A stretch of 64,000 bases of DNA, taken from assembly GCA_005888745.1 (NCBI GenBank), contig VBBS01000027.1, positions 55,045 to 119,044 on the forward strand, in the 5' to 3' direction. Shown piece by piece: positions 1 through 8,232 of this stretch; position 1 is the stretch's first letter; each line of letters starts with the position of its first letter. A model generated the notes under the pieces. It did not search any database, had not been told where the DNA came from, and was given only the letters and a program-made list of their open reading frames with translations. This DNA comes from Candidatus Bathyarchaeota archaeon. GTDB taxonomy: Archaea; Thermoproteota; Bathyarchaeia; 40CM-2-53-6. The position numbers were made by a program, and so were the translations under genes.

Positions 1-147
1 ATCGTCCAAGATAATGCACGGATACGGTATCTCCCTTCTGTGCTTTCAGATCCGTCGAGTTCAACTCGAATCTTGAGCCTGAACCGTTAGGCCTCGTAAA
101 TAGCTAACGGTGGTGCCGTAGTCAAGAAGGGCGCATCTTAATACGCG

Positions 148-453
148 ATGGGCATGTCTAGTTACCTCATGATGGCTGAGAGACAGAAGTACAAAGCAAG
201 GTTCACGAGCAAACTTCCCAACGGAGACTTTCTCGGCCTGACGGTATGGCCGGGAAAGAGCGACCCTAACGCTGAGGTGTTGACCATCCAGATTCGACGT
301 CAAGGAAGTGCCGGCTGGGAAACTGTTCATCGAATAGCAATCTATCGGACCTCCGATGGCAGATACTCTCTCCTGCCGGAGCGGACTCCAGCTTCGCAAC
401 CTGCGAAGGCCGAGCCGGTCGGCGCCGACGAATCGAGCGAGTCGTTCGAATAA
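148..453 (+). CDS. hypothetical protein
   Basis: 101-aa ORF with protein-like composition and no recognisable motif; overlaps the annotated 5' end of the next ORF. Confidence 0.3.
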   Translation: MGMSSYLMMAERQKYKARFTSKLPNGDFLGLTVWPGKSDPNAEVLTIQIRRQGSAGWETVHRIAIYRTSDGRYSLLPERTPASQPAKAEPVGADESSESFE

Positions 454-922
454 AAGGTCCCGAGAACCCTTCAGGGTTATAACGCAGGGTCAGATAACCG
501 TTGGCACGTCGGGAAGCACATTGGCTACAAGCGAGGTTATTCTAGAGGAAACGCCTTACCTCAACCTAACTACTAAGGGTCGACGGACCAGCTTGTCTCG
601 CACCGTCGAACTCTGGTTCGCTTTCGAAGATGGAAAGCTGTACTTCTTAGCTCATGAAAATTCTGATTGGTGGAAAAACGTGAAGAAGACCCCCAGGGTG
701 GAGATTGAAGTTGGGGAGATACTTTTCGAGGGAAGCGGAAGTCTTGCTCAGGAGAAGCTCGACTATGTATTCGACCTCTTTCGACGGAAATATGGTGACG
801 ATCAAGTAAACAGATGGTATGGCGGCCAACGGTCCAACCGTAGAGTTGTCTCAGTGGACCTTGGAAGAGTCCTGGGCAAACGACCATCTGAGAAGATGCG
901 GCCTATTGAACTGGCAGCGTGA
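356..922 (+). CDS. deazaflavin (F420)-dependent nitroreductase-family / PPOX-like protein (DUF385-like); true start probably downstream (~480-560)
   Basis: Motif TTKGRRTSLSRTVELWF...GKLYFLAHENSDWWKNV...PRVEIEV is typical of the F420H2-dependent reductase split-barrel family; the first ~60 codons overlap the upstream ORF and are low-complexity Arg/Ser. Confidence 0.5.
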   Translation: MADTLSCRSGLQLRNLRRPSRSAPTNRASRSNKRSREPFRVITQGQITVGTSGSTLATSEVILEETPYLNLTTKGRRTSLSRTVELWFAFEDGKLYFLAHENSDWWKNVKKTPRVEIEVGEILFEGSGSLAQEKLDYVFDLFRRKYGDDQVNRWYGGQRSNRRVVSVDLGRVLGKRPSEKMRPIELAA

Positions 923-1001
923 AAATCCTAGAGAACGAAGCCTCAACAGCTGACCCGATAGTCATATAGCAGGTTCACTCTAGAGAGCTGCTGGATTTAC
1001 G

Positions 1002-1265
1002 ATGGCTTACGGTTTAGCCGAAGGTTTCAGAAAGACCGCAATAAGGCTCGGTGGCAAAAAGAAGAACCGCGCGGTTATTGTTGCGACTTTTGGAAACCAT
1101 TTCACCTTGAACGATGCCCTAGAAAAGTTTCGCGCGGAAGGTTTGCGCTTCGAGACGGAGAAGGGCCATATTGTCAAGATTTTCCTGGACAAGAACACAG
1201 AAGAGAGAGCTGAGAAAGTGCGCAAGATCATACGCGAAGGTTTCGGCTACGTAGAACCTCTTTAG
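1002..1265 (+). CDS. hypothetical small protein
   Basis: 87-aa ORF, charged and protein-like, no motif recognised. Confidence 0.3.
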   Translation: MAYGLAEGFRKTAIRLGGKKKNRAVIVATFGNHFTLNDALEKFRAEGLRFETEKGHIVKIFLDKNTEERAEKVRKIIREGFGYVEPL

Positions 1266-1398
1266 CCCACCGCAATCTTCCACATCGTCACATCCATATT
1301 TTTGTTGAAGAAAGGAACCGGCAACAACGTGCTTAGACGTGACCGTCTACAAAACTTCAGCCTGAATATGTCTGGCTTGCCCAAGTTAGGGTTTTATC

Positions 1399-1614
1399 AT
1401 GGCCCGACCAGATGCGTTTCGCACCTCCATGTCTCTTCCCAAGCCCGGTGACAACGTCAAGGTGACATTGATGAGCGGCGAAACAATCGAGGGTATTGTA
1501 GAATGGATCGATGGAGCGGGCGCATGGGTCAAAGGTACCCAGAAGAGCCGATGGGTGCCCCTAGAAGCATTCCAACCGCAAACGCAGCAAGCAGATCCAA
1601 AAGACGATGAGTAA
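1399..1614 (+). CDS. hypothetical small protein
   Basis: 71-aa ORF, no motif recognised. Confidence 0.3.
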   Translation: MARPDAFRTSMSLPKPGDNVKVTLMSGETIEGIVEWIDGAGAWVKGTQKSRWVPLEAFQPQTQQADPKDDE

Positions 1615-1650
1615 CTAGTCCTGTGAAACTGTGTCCATGTGAGGACGAGG

Positions 1651-2997
1651 CTATTTTACGAAAACGAGCCCTTTCCCGGAGTCTATCTCGAAAGTCTCCG
1701 TGTCAAGCTTTGACGCGGACCCGTTCAGCTTCCGGACCTTCAATTCTCGCCCGTTCGGATCAGAATCGTCCTTGTCCAGATCGATAACGCACGAAGCCGT
1801 ATCCTCCAACCACTTCAACACATCCTTAGGAGCTTTCGAGAGATCCACCGTCAGGACCAGTGTCACACTCGAATCTCGCAGCTTGTCCAGCATCTCGCTC
1901 AATCGCTTGACAAGATCCTTGGGCGCAACCTTCGCAACAACCGGATCGATGGAGTCGAACAGAATCTTGGTCTTCTCGCCGATAAACATGGAACTATTCT
2001 TGACGAGGGCGTCCTGTATCGAATCGAAGTCAAACGCCTTCTCAACATAGTAAGGCTCAAAACTGAACGAGTCGGACTGCGACGAGAACCCGTCCACCAG
2101 TAAGAACCTGTATTGAGACTCGGCCTCCGAAGGATCCGCGCCCATCTTCTTCATCTGCTCCCTGAGCGCCGCCGGCGCCTTATCGTAAGTAACGAACATG
2201 CAAGGGTTTCCATGCTTCAGAAAACTGCTCGCGAGTCCGGAGCACAAAGTCGTTTTCCCAGAGCCTGGACTGCCATTCACAACCACGAGACCGGAAGATT
2301 CGAGGTTTCCTTGGGTAAGCTCGAAGATGTGGTCGAAACTCTGAGAGACCCTTGGAGCGCTGGGACGTTTCTGAGCCTCTTCTCGAGTCGGTTTCTCCGG
2401 CTTGTCGGCAGAGGGTGGGTAGAATTTCGGTTGGACAGTTTCCTTTGTAGGTTGCTCCACAGATTCGGGAGTTTTCATGGAGCGGACTGGAGTCGCTGGC
2501 TGTGGAGGTGCAACACTTGGCTTGTCTGGCTCAGGACCTTTCTTTCCGCCTGGAATGATCGTCATCGGCCTGCTTGTGGGGGTTGCTCTGGGTGGCACCC
2601 ATTCTGGACTGCTCTGCAGCGCGAACCCTCTCGGCTGCTCCCCGCCAAACGAGTTCGCATCGGGTGGCAAATCTTTGAGCAGAGATTGAAGCAGTCTACT
2701 GAGAGAACTATCCTCGTCTGCCTGGGTAGGAGCGGGGGAGCTTCTCGGAGGCTGATAGAAACTGGTGCTCATGGGTTGAGGGCTGGGAGGAGTAGGTGAG
2801 CTTGATGAAATAGGAGGAGCTTGGACCGGAGTCGACGTGACAGGAGGGGTAGGTGCCGACGTTGATACTGATGTGGACGCATCTTCCGTTCCCTGGCCTT
2901 CTTTCTCGTCTTTCTTCTTGCGTCCGAACATGGTGAGTATTCCTATAACAGTGAAAAGGGTCCAGATGGGATCCAGACTTGCAAGTTGGACTAGCAT
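1651..2997 (-). CDS. membrane-anchored KaiC/RecA-superfamily ATPase with long Pro/Ser/Thr-rich linker
   Basis: N-terminal hydrophobic helix followed by GRKKKDEK; ~200 aa P/S/T-rich low-complexity region; C-terminal domain has Walker A VVVNGSPGSGKTTL and KaiC-like architecture. Confidence 0.7.
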   Translation of the reverse strand: MLVQLASLDPIWTLFTVIGILTMFGRKKKDEKEGQGTEDASTSVSTSAPTPPVTSTPVQAPPISSSSPTPPSPQPMSTSFYQPPRSSPAPTQADEDSSLSRLLQSLLKDLPPDANSFGGEQPRGFALQSSPEWVPPRATPTSRPMTIIPGGKKGPEPDKPSVAPPQPATPVRSMKTPESVEQPTKETVQPKFYPPSADKPEKPTREEAQKRPSAPRVSQSFDHIFELTQGNLESSGLVVVNGSPGSGKTTLCSGLASSFLKHGNPCMFVTYDKAPAALREQMKKMGADPSEAESQYRFLLVDGFSSQSDSFSFEPYYVEKAFDFDSIQDALVKNSSMFIGEKTKILFDSIDPVVAKVAPKDLVKRLSEMLDKLRDSSVTLVLTVDLSKAPKDVLKWLEDTASCVIDLDKDDSDPNGRELKVRKLNGSASKLDTETFEIDSGKGLVFVK

Positions 2998-3178
2998 TCG
3001 TTCAACCCATACCTAGTGATCATTCACTCTCATCCAAGGATTCTTGTCTCTCAGGAAGTATCTCGAACAGGAGAACACAGCATGAGTTGTTCTTGGATAG
3101 GAGTGATGTTACCTTAGTGAATGGTCATCGGAAACAGCCTAGATACCACACGCACTCCAATATTATTCATCACTAGAA

Positions 3179-3751
3179 CTATCTCTTTGTCTTCAGAATA
3201 TCCGACTTTGTCAGAATGCCGACAAGGTTCTCACCCTTCGAAACGAGGACGCCGTAGTTGCTCTGCAAAAGTCCTAGAACCAGATCGAGTGGAGTATCGC
3301 TGTTGACCACTGGTAATGGCGAATCCATGATCTCGCGAACCTTGAGGCCCAGGACAGATTCTAAGGACTCACCCCGAGCAGCCCGATCAAGAATCGTTTT
3401 CTCCGAAATGCTTCCGACACATCTTCCGCTTTCGAAAACAGGAAGCTGCGAATAGCCCCTACGTCGCATCAAGTCAACAGCATCCCGTACAAGCTGTGTT
3501 CTGGCCACGGAAACGACGGGACGACTAATGAGCTCATCCACCCGACGCGCGGGGCTCTCGACCCCCGCCCTTTCCAAGGCGCCGAACAGTCTCTGAACGA
3601 TAGAATAAGATGGGTCCACGGAACCGGCTTCTATCTTTGCTATAATCGACTGACTTACTCCAGCGGATACAGCGAGTCTCGACTGTGTTAGTCCCAGCTC
3701 TTTCCTCTTCTTCGGAATCTCCCCCAACGACGGTAGCATGCCCCCGAACAT
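3179..3751 (-). CDS. HTH (XRE-type) transcriptional regulator with tandem CBS domains
   Basis: N-terminal LGLTQSRLAVSAGVSQSIIAKIE helix-turn-helix, followed by two CBS-like repeats. Confidence 0.8.
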   Translation of the reverse strand: MFGGMLPSLGEIPKKRKELGLTQSRLAVSAGVSQSIIAKIEAGSVDPSYSIVQRLFGALERAGVESPARRVDELISRPVVSVARTQLVRDAVDLMRRRGYSQLPVFESGRCVGSISEKTILDRAARGESLESVLGLKVREIMDSPLPVVNSDTPLDLVLGLLQSNYGVLVSKGENLVGILTKSDILKTKR

Positions 3752-3766
3752 GTTGGACCGTGCTCT

Positions 3767-3807
3767 TATTCCTATCGGAATACATTAGGGCTATTCCTAA
3801 CGGAATA
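3767..3807. promoter_or_regulatory. two 16-bp palindromic operator-like sites, TATTCCTATCGGAATA and TATTCCTAACGGAATA, in a divergent promoter
   Basis: Perfect inverted half-sites TATTCC/GGAATA at ~3767-3782 and ~3792-3807, 25 bp centre-to-centre, between the regulator start (3751) and the metE-N start (3858); a TATA-like TTATATAA sits at ~3824-3831. Confidence 0.5.
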
Positions 3808-3857
3808 TGAGTACGATAGAACTTATATAATTAGAATAACGAAACGGCAACGAAAAC

Positions 3858-4841
3858 ATGTCTCCGGAAATCCAGCTTGCGGGAATTCACCCGCGGTCAG
3901 AGAGGCTAATTGAACTCACCCGGTCGTATGAGCGGGCAAAAGCTAGCTGGAGCCAAGTAGAAGTCCAACTTGGGCAGGAGACAAGGGAAGTCATCAAGCT
4001 TCAGGAGAGCCTCGGCTTCAAGCACTTTTCCGACGGTTCCTTAGACTGGCAGGACCAACTTAGACCTGTCACGCGATCTCTGAAAGGAGTGGAGTCTGGA
4101 ACCCGATACTCAAGATGGTTTGACACTAATACATTCTACCAAAAACCCATCATCGTAGGCAAGATTTCCGCCGGCGACATCGACCCCAAGAACTTTCTTC
4201 GAGCCGAACTCTTGACAGAGAAAAGGGGTCGAAAAGTCACTCTCCCCGGACCGTACACATTCTCTCAACTGTCAGAAAACAAGCACTACAAGAATTATGC
4301 TGATTTGCTCTTCGACATTGCAATTGCCGAGCTCGAGATTATTCGGAGGCTCAAGAACGAGGGCGTTACCCTCTTCCAACTATCGGAGCCCTGTTTAGTC
4401 TATCAACCCTACAGGGAGAGCTTCAGGGACCATTCAGAAGTTGAGCAAGCCCTTGGAGCAATCCGTTCCCTAGTAAGAGAGAAGCCAGGAGACTTTCTGG
4501 TCCAGACCTATTTCGGCGACGCTGCCCCCTTACTCCCTGACCTTTTAGATCTGCCGGTCTTCGGTGTTGGAATTGACCTGTTCGAAACTGACGTTTCGTC
4601 GCTCAGCGAACAGGAAAAGACTTCGAAGGCACTCGTGTTGGGAGTTGTCGACTCACGTGAATCCTTCGTTGAAAATCCGAATTGGATCGCTGCCACGGCG
4701 AGGAAATTCTCCGAGAAAGTAGATGCCCGCGACCTGGTTTTTGCTTCCAATTCAGACCTGAAATTTGTGCCTCAAGGGATCGCGAACCAAAAGTTGGAGG
4801 CGCTGTCTAAGGCATCGGAACTGTTCGAGGAGAGCCGATAG
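3858..4841 (+). CDS. MetE-family (cobalamin-independent methionine synthase) N-terminal-like barrel domain protein
   Basis: UROD/MetE-like fold motifs (LPGPYTF, LFQLSEPCLV) but no Zn-binding His/Cys; stop TAG is immediately followed by the ATG of the catalytic-domain gene. Confidence 0.7.
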   Translation: MSPEIQLAGIHPRSERLIELTRSYERAKASWSQVEVQLGQETREVIKLQESLGFKHFSDGSLDWQDQLRPVTRSLKGVESGTRYSRWFDTNTFYQKPIIVGKISAGDIDPKNFLRAELLTEKRGRKVTLPGPYTFSQLSENKHYKNYADLLFDIAIAELEIIRRLKNEGVTLFQLSEPCLVYQPYRESFRDHSEVEQALGAIRSLVREKPGDFLVQTYFGDAAPLLPDLLDLPVFGVGIDLFETDVSSLSEQEKTSKALVLGVVDSRESFVENPNWIAATARKFSEKVDARDLVFASNSDLKFVPQGIANQKLEALSKASELFEESR

Positions 4842-6047
4842 ATGCCGAAGCTCTTCCCCGTTCAAGAGATAGGGAGTCTCGCAAAGCCCAAGTGGAGAAC
4901 GAAGGGGTTGCGACAACAACTCTCTTCGCAGGACCTCTCCGAGGCTGAAGAATGGGCTACGAAGCTGGGAATTCAGGACTTCCATGACCGAGCAAAGAGC
5001 ATTTTCAAGACCGGTGACGACAAGATGCGGGTCAAAGCGATTCTTGAACTCTCCACCTTGTATGGGCTGCGCCTCTTCGAAATCGCGGGTGTAGACAACG
5101 AAGGTGTCGGGGGAGAACAGCAACGAGTCGAAATGTACGAGCACGTAATCAAGGCCGTACAGGGAATGAACCTCCTCGGCCACGTCCACTCCTTTGACAA
5201 CAAGTACTTCAACAAGGGAGTTGCAGAGTCGAAGATCTCTAGAAAACATCCTATCTACGTGCCTGAATTTCTTGATGTCAAGAAATACGCCCACCGGGAC
5301 GTGAAGGTGCCGATTACCGGACCGTACACACTAGTAGACTGGTCCTTTAGCGGGTACTACATCCAGAAGCAACACGCCTCCTCTCCCAAGACACGGAGGA
5401 TCGAGGCAAAGCGCGAATTCCTCCTCGATATCGTAGAGCAAGTCATACGACCCGAGATCCGAGACCTAGTTGATGCGGGAGCCTCTTGGATACAGATAGA
5501 TGAGCCGGCGGTGACTACTCATCCAGAACCTCAGGAAATGGAGCTTTTCGTTGAGGCGTGGAATGAAACGGTCAAAGGGTTCAACTGCAAATTCAGTGAC
5601 CACACGTGCTACCCATCCGAGATAGGATACAAAGTGCTCTCGGAATACGCGCCGAAGCTAGACAAGTGCGACCAGCTCGCGTTGGAGTTCGCCAACCGAG
5701 ACACTTCGCGTCTTGGAGTCGACAAGGACTCGCGGGAAGGCTACGGCGACCTCAAACATTTCGTCGATGCTGGTTTCAGCGGAGAATTCGGGCTCGGTGT
5801 CGCCCACGTACACGATTTCACAGGAAACGTGTCCTCCGGTGCAGGAAAATCCGTGGGACGAGACTTTATCGAGTCTCCGGAGCTAGTGCGGGACCGTCTT
5901 CTGTTCGCTACCAGGATTGTAGGGGATCCGGCGAAAATCTGGGCGAACCCAGACTGTGGACTTCGGACCAGAACTTGGGATGTGGCCTTCGCGAAGCTCG
6001 CAAACGTCACGCATGGAGCCGAACTGGCAAGGGAGACATACCAGTGA
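4842..6047 (+). CDS. metE: cobalamin-independent methionine synthase, catalytic (C-terminal-type) domain
   Basis: ITGPYTL, WIQIDEPA, DHTCY and NPDCGL (Zn-ligand Cys) motifs. Confidence 0.8.
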   Translation: MPKLFPVQEIGSLAKPKWRTKGLRQQLSSQDLSEAEEWATKLGIQDFHDRAKSIFKTGDDKMRVKAILELSTLYGLRLFEIAGVDNEGVGGEQQRVEMYEHVIKAVQGMNLLGHVHSFDNKYFNKGVAESKISRKHPIYVPEFLDVKKYAHRDVKVPITGPYTLVDWSFSGYYIQKQHASSPKTRRIEAKREFLLDIVEQVIRPEIRDLVDAGASWIQIDEPAVTTHPEPQEMELFVEAWNETVKGFNCKFSDHTCYPSEIGYKVLSEYAPKLDKCDQLALEFANRDTSRLGVDKDSREGYGDLKHFVDAGFSGEFGLGVAHVHDFTGNVSSGAGKSVGRDFIESPELVRDRLLFATRIVGDPAKIWANPDCGLRTRTWDVAFAKLANVTHGAELARETYQ

Positions 6048-6949
6048 GACTAGGTGATCGGGCGAGGCGTCATAACCTCGTTACGGTTGAACTTATTCCG
6101 GACAGAGTGGTTACTAGCGATTTGGCTCTCCTTAGGGGAAGAGTTGACGCTATCACCGTTCCGGCCTTGCGGAATGGCCATAATGACCCAAGTTATCCAA
6201 AGTCTTTCGCGATAACGCCCCAACGCCGAAGTCTTGCTTCCGCATCTATCATCAATAAGGCTGGGATAACCGCTGTTCCCTCGCTAACATGTCGTGATTG
6301 CAGCAGGCTGGACTTGTCAACTGTCTCGAACCAAGTGGAACAAGGGCTTGAGAACGTACTGATAGTCTACGGGGACCCTTATCCAGAGCCTCGTCCCGGG
6401 ACCTATGAGTTCACCAAAACGAACGAGCTAATTCGGGAGGTCTCCTCCCTAAACGACGGAAACGACCCATGCATTGGGGCAGTGACAAACCAACACGCTG
6501 ACAACAGGGAAGGCGAAATCTCCCGAACGATATCACGAGTAGACGCGGGCGCGGACTTTATTGTCACAAACGTCGCCTTCGACTCGGAGAGTGTACTTGA
6601 CCACAGGGATTCCCTACTGGAAGCAGGGTTAGACGTGCCACTCTTCATTCAAGTCTCTATTCCGCTCAACCTAGACAATGTGTTGTTTGTGAGCCAGAAA
6701 TTCGACATACCCGTCCCGGCTCAGGTCAGGAGAAAACTTCTGGAGGATCCGACTGGAGGAAGTCTCGCTGTTGCCGCTGATGCCTACGAGGCCCTACGTG
6801 GAGAAGCGAATGGTATTCACTTCTCATACCTGTTCCGACAACGAAATCCGATTCCCACTTATCGCCATCTGCTGGAGATAATTGGGATAGCAGGCCCGAC
6901 ACTGGCTCCGCTAGCCACGTCTCCTGTGAAAACATATCCCGTTGTCTAG
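6044..6949 (+). CDS. metF: 5,10-methylenetetrahydrofolate reductase
   Basis: VELIPDR, ITAVPSLTCRD and DFIVTNVAFD motifs resemble MTHFR; probable GTG start at 6044 overlaps the metE stop (GTGA). The track ORF 5606.. extends out of frame through metE and is not believable upstream of ~6044. Confidence 0.7.
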   Translation: MRLGDRARRHNLVTVELIPDRVVTSDLALLRGRVDAITVPALRNGHNDPSYPKSFAITPQRRSLASASIINKAGITAVPSLTCRDCSRLDLSTVSNQVEQGLENVLIVYGDPYPEPRPGTYEFTKTNELIREVSSLNDGNDPCIGAVTNQHADNREGEISRTISRVDAGADFIVTNVAFDSESVLDHRDSLLEAGLDVPLFIQVSIPLNLDNVLFVSQKFDIPVPAQVRRKLLEDPTGGSLAVAADAYEALRGEANGIHFSYLFRQRNPIPTYRHLLEIIGIAGPTLAPLATSPVKTYPVV

Positions 6950-6983
6950 AGTTCTTCGAACGATCAGTGCAAGAATCAGAGTG

Positions 6984-7469
6984 TTAACTGTCTTGCTTGG
7001 CTGTCTCGACCGGTAGTGGAGCGTCTTCCCCAAGCTGGAGTACTTTCTTCAGTTCTTTTTTCATGAGTGATGGGTCATGGTTGAGATTGAAGTAGTCTGC
7101 GAACGTTGTAGTCGTCCTTAGCATTCTGGTTCTTCCGATCCTCTCGTCATTAATCAGGTCCATGTCCTTCAGCTGTTTCACATGGCCGTAGGCCAGTTTA
7201 CCGCGAACCCGTACCACGTAGGACTGGGTGACAGGCTGCTTCAGAGCTATGAATGATAACGTCCGAAGGGGTCCTGGTGTTAGAAGCGGTCTGTTCGCCA
7301 GTTTTCGAACGTGCTTAGCGAATTCTGCCTTTAGCTGCATGACAAAGCGTCCGTCGGGAAGTTCCACGACTTGAATCGGACTACTGGCGGTTTTGTAACG
7401 TTCAGAAACCGCCGTTGCGATTCCGCGTATCTTGTCCTCTGATCTAGCGCCTACGACAGACCCGATCAT
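6984..7469 (-). CDS. scpB: segregation and condensation protein B
   Basis: Winged-helix ScpB-like sequence; directly downstream of scpA and smc in the same orientation. Confidence 0.7.
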   Translation of the reverse strand: MIGSVVGARSEDKIRGIATAVSERYKTASSPIQVVELPDGRFVMQLKAEFAKHVRKLANRPLLTPGPLRTLSFIALKQPVTQSYVVRVRGKLAYGHVKQLKDMDLINDERIGRTRMLRTTTTFADYFNLNHDPSLMKKELKKVLQLGEDAPLPVETAKQDS

Positions 7470-7554
7470 CTTCAGGTCTAGTGGTCTTCCGGATACGTAC
7501 AGTGCAGCCTCGCAGAGCTGCTGCTGTAGGTCAGCAGTTTTCTGCTGAGCTGTG

Positions 7555-8232
7555 TTAGTCGAAACTTGTGTTTCCGTCGTCTCTCAGCTCGATTTCGATA
7601 TCACCGAACTCTAAAGGCTGGGCGAGGCCCACTCTTCCTTCTACTGCCAAGAATAGCAGCATGATGAACATTCTGACCGCTTCGAGAGGGTCTCCCTTTC
7701 CAAGGAGGGTTAGGAAGGACAATTTTGTTCGCGCGGATCCAGCTTTTGCTACTAGTCTCTGGAGAAACGCTTTGATATTCTCTTCAATCTTGACGAGGAA
7801 ATCGTCGACTTGTTCAAACACCTCGGGCGTCCTGAGAACCATCTGTGCGTTTGCCGGGAGCATTCTCTCCGCCGTCAACACCTCCAGTAATCCTTTGATG
7901 ACTTCCTCAACAGATGTGGTTGTCGACTCGTAGCGTAAGGGAAAGGATAGGGGAGGGGGAACGAAGTCTGTCGGCCTCTCGAGGGGGGGCTTCGGCGGTT
8001 CCTCCATCTTGAGGATTAGTTCTGATTTCATGCGCAGAAGGATTGCTGAAGAGAGAAGGGCTGTCCCAGAAACGGAGAAGTCGATGAACCCTCGACCCCT
8101 CATCTCATGAAGAAGCTCCTCCAGTATGTTTGCGAGGTTTACGTCCCACGGTTTGACGCGGTGAAGATGGATGAGGTCGAAGAGAACGGCATATGGTGCC
8201 TTCAGCCAGTACGCCTCTTCGTGAAGCGTCAA
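7555..8232 (-). CDS. scpA: segregation and condensation protein A (kleisin)
   Basis: ScpA-like N-terminus; overlaps the smc stop by 4 nt. Confidence 0.7.
   Translation of the reverse strand: MTLHEEAYWLKAPYAVLFDLIHLHRVKPWDVNLANILEELLHEMRGRGFIDFSVSGTALLSSAILLRMKSELILKMEEPPKPPLERPTDFVPPPLSFPLRYESTTTSVEEVIKGLLEVLTAERMLPANAQMVLRTPEVFEQVDDFLVKIEENIKAFLQRLVAKAGSARTKLSFLTLLGKGDPLEAVRMFIMLLFLAVEGRVGLAQPLEFGDIEIELRDDGNTSFD

Noticed and set aside
5606-6043. Upstream 146 codons of the track ORF 5606..6949
   Set aside because: This segment overlaps metE out of frame and is Arg-rich low complexity; the MTHFR homology begins only at the GTG at 6044
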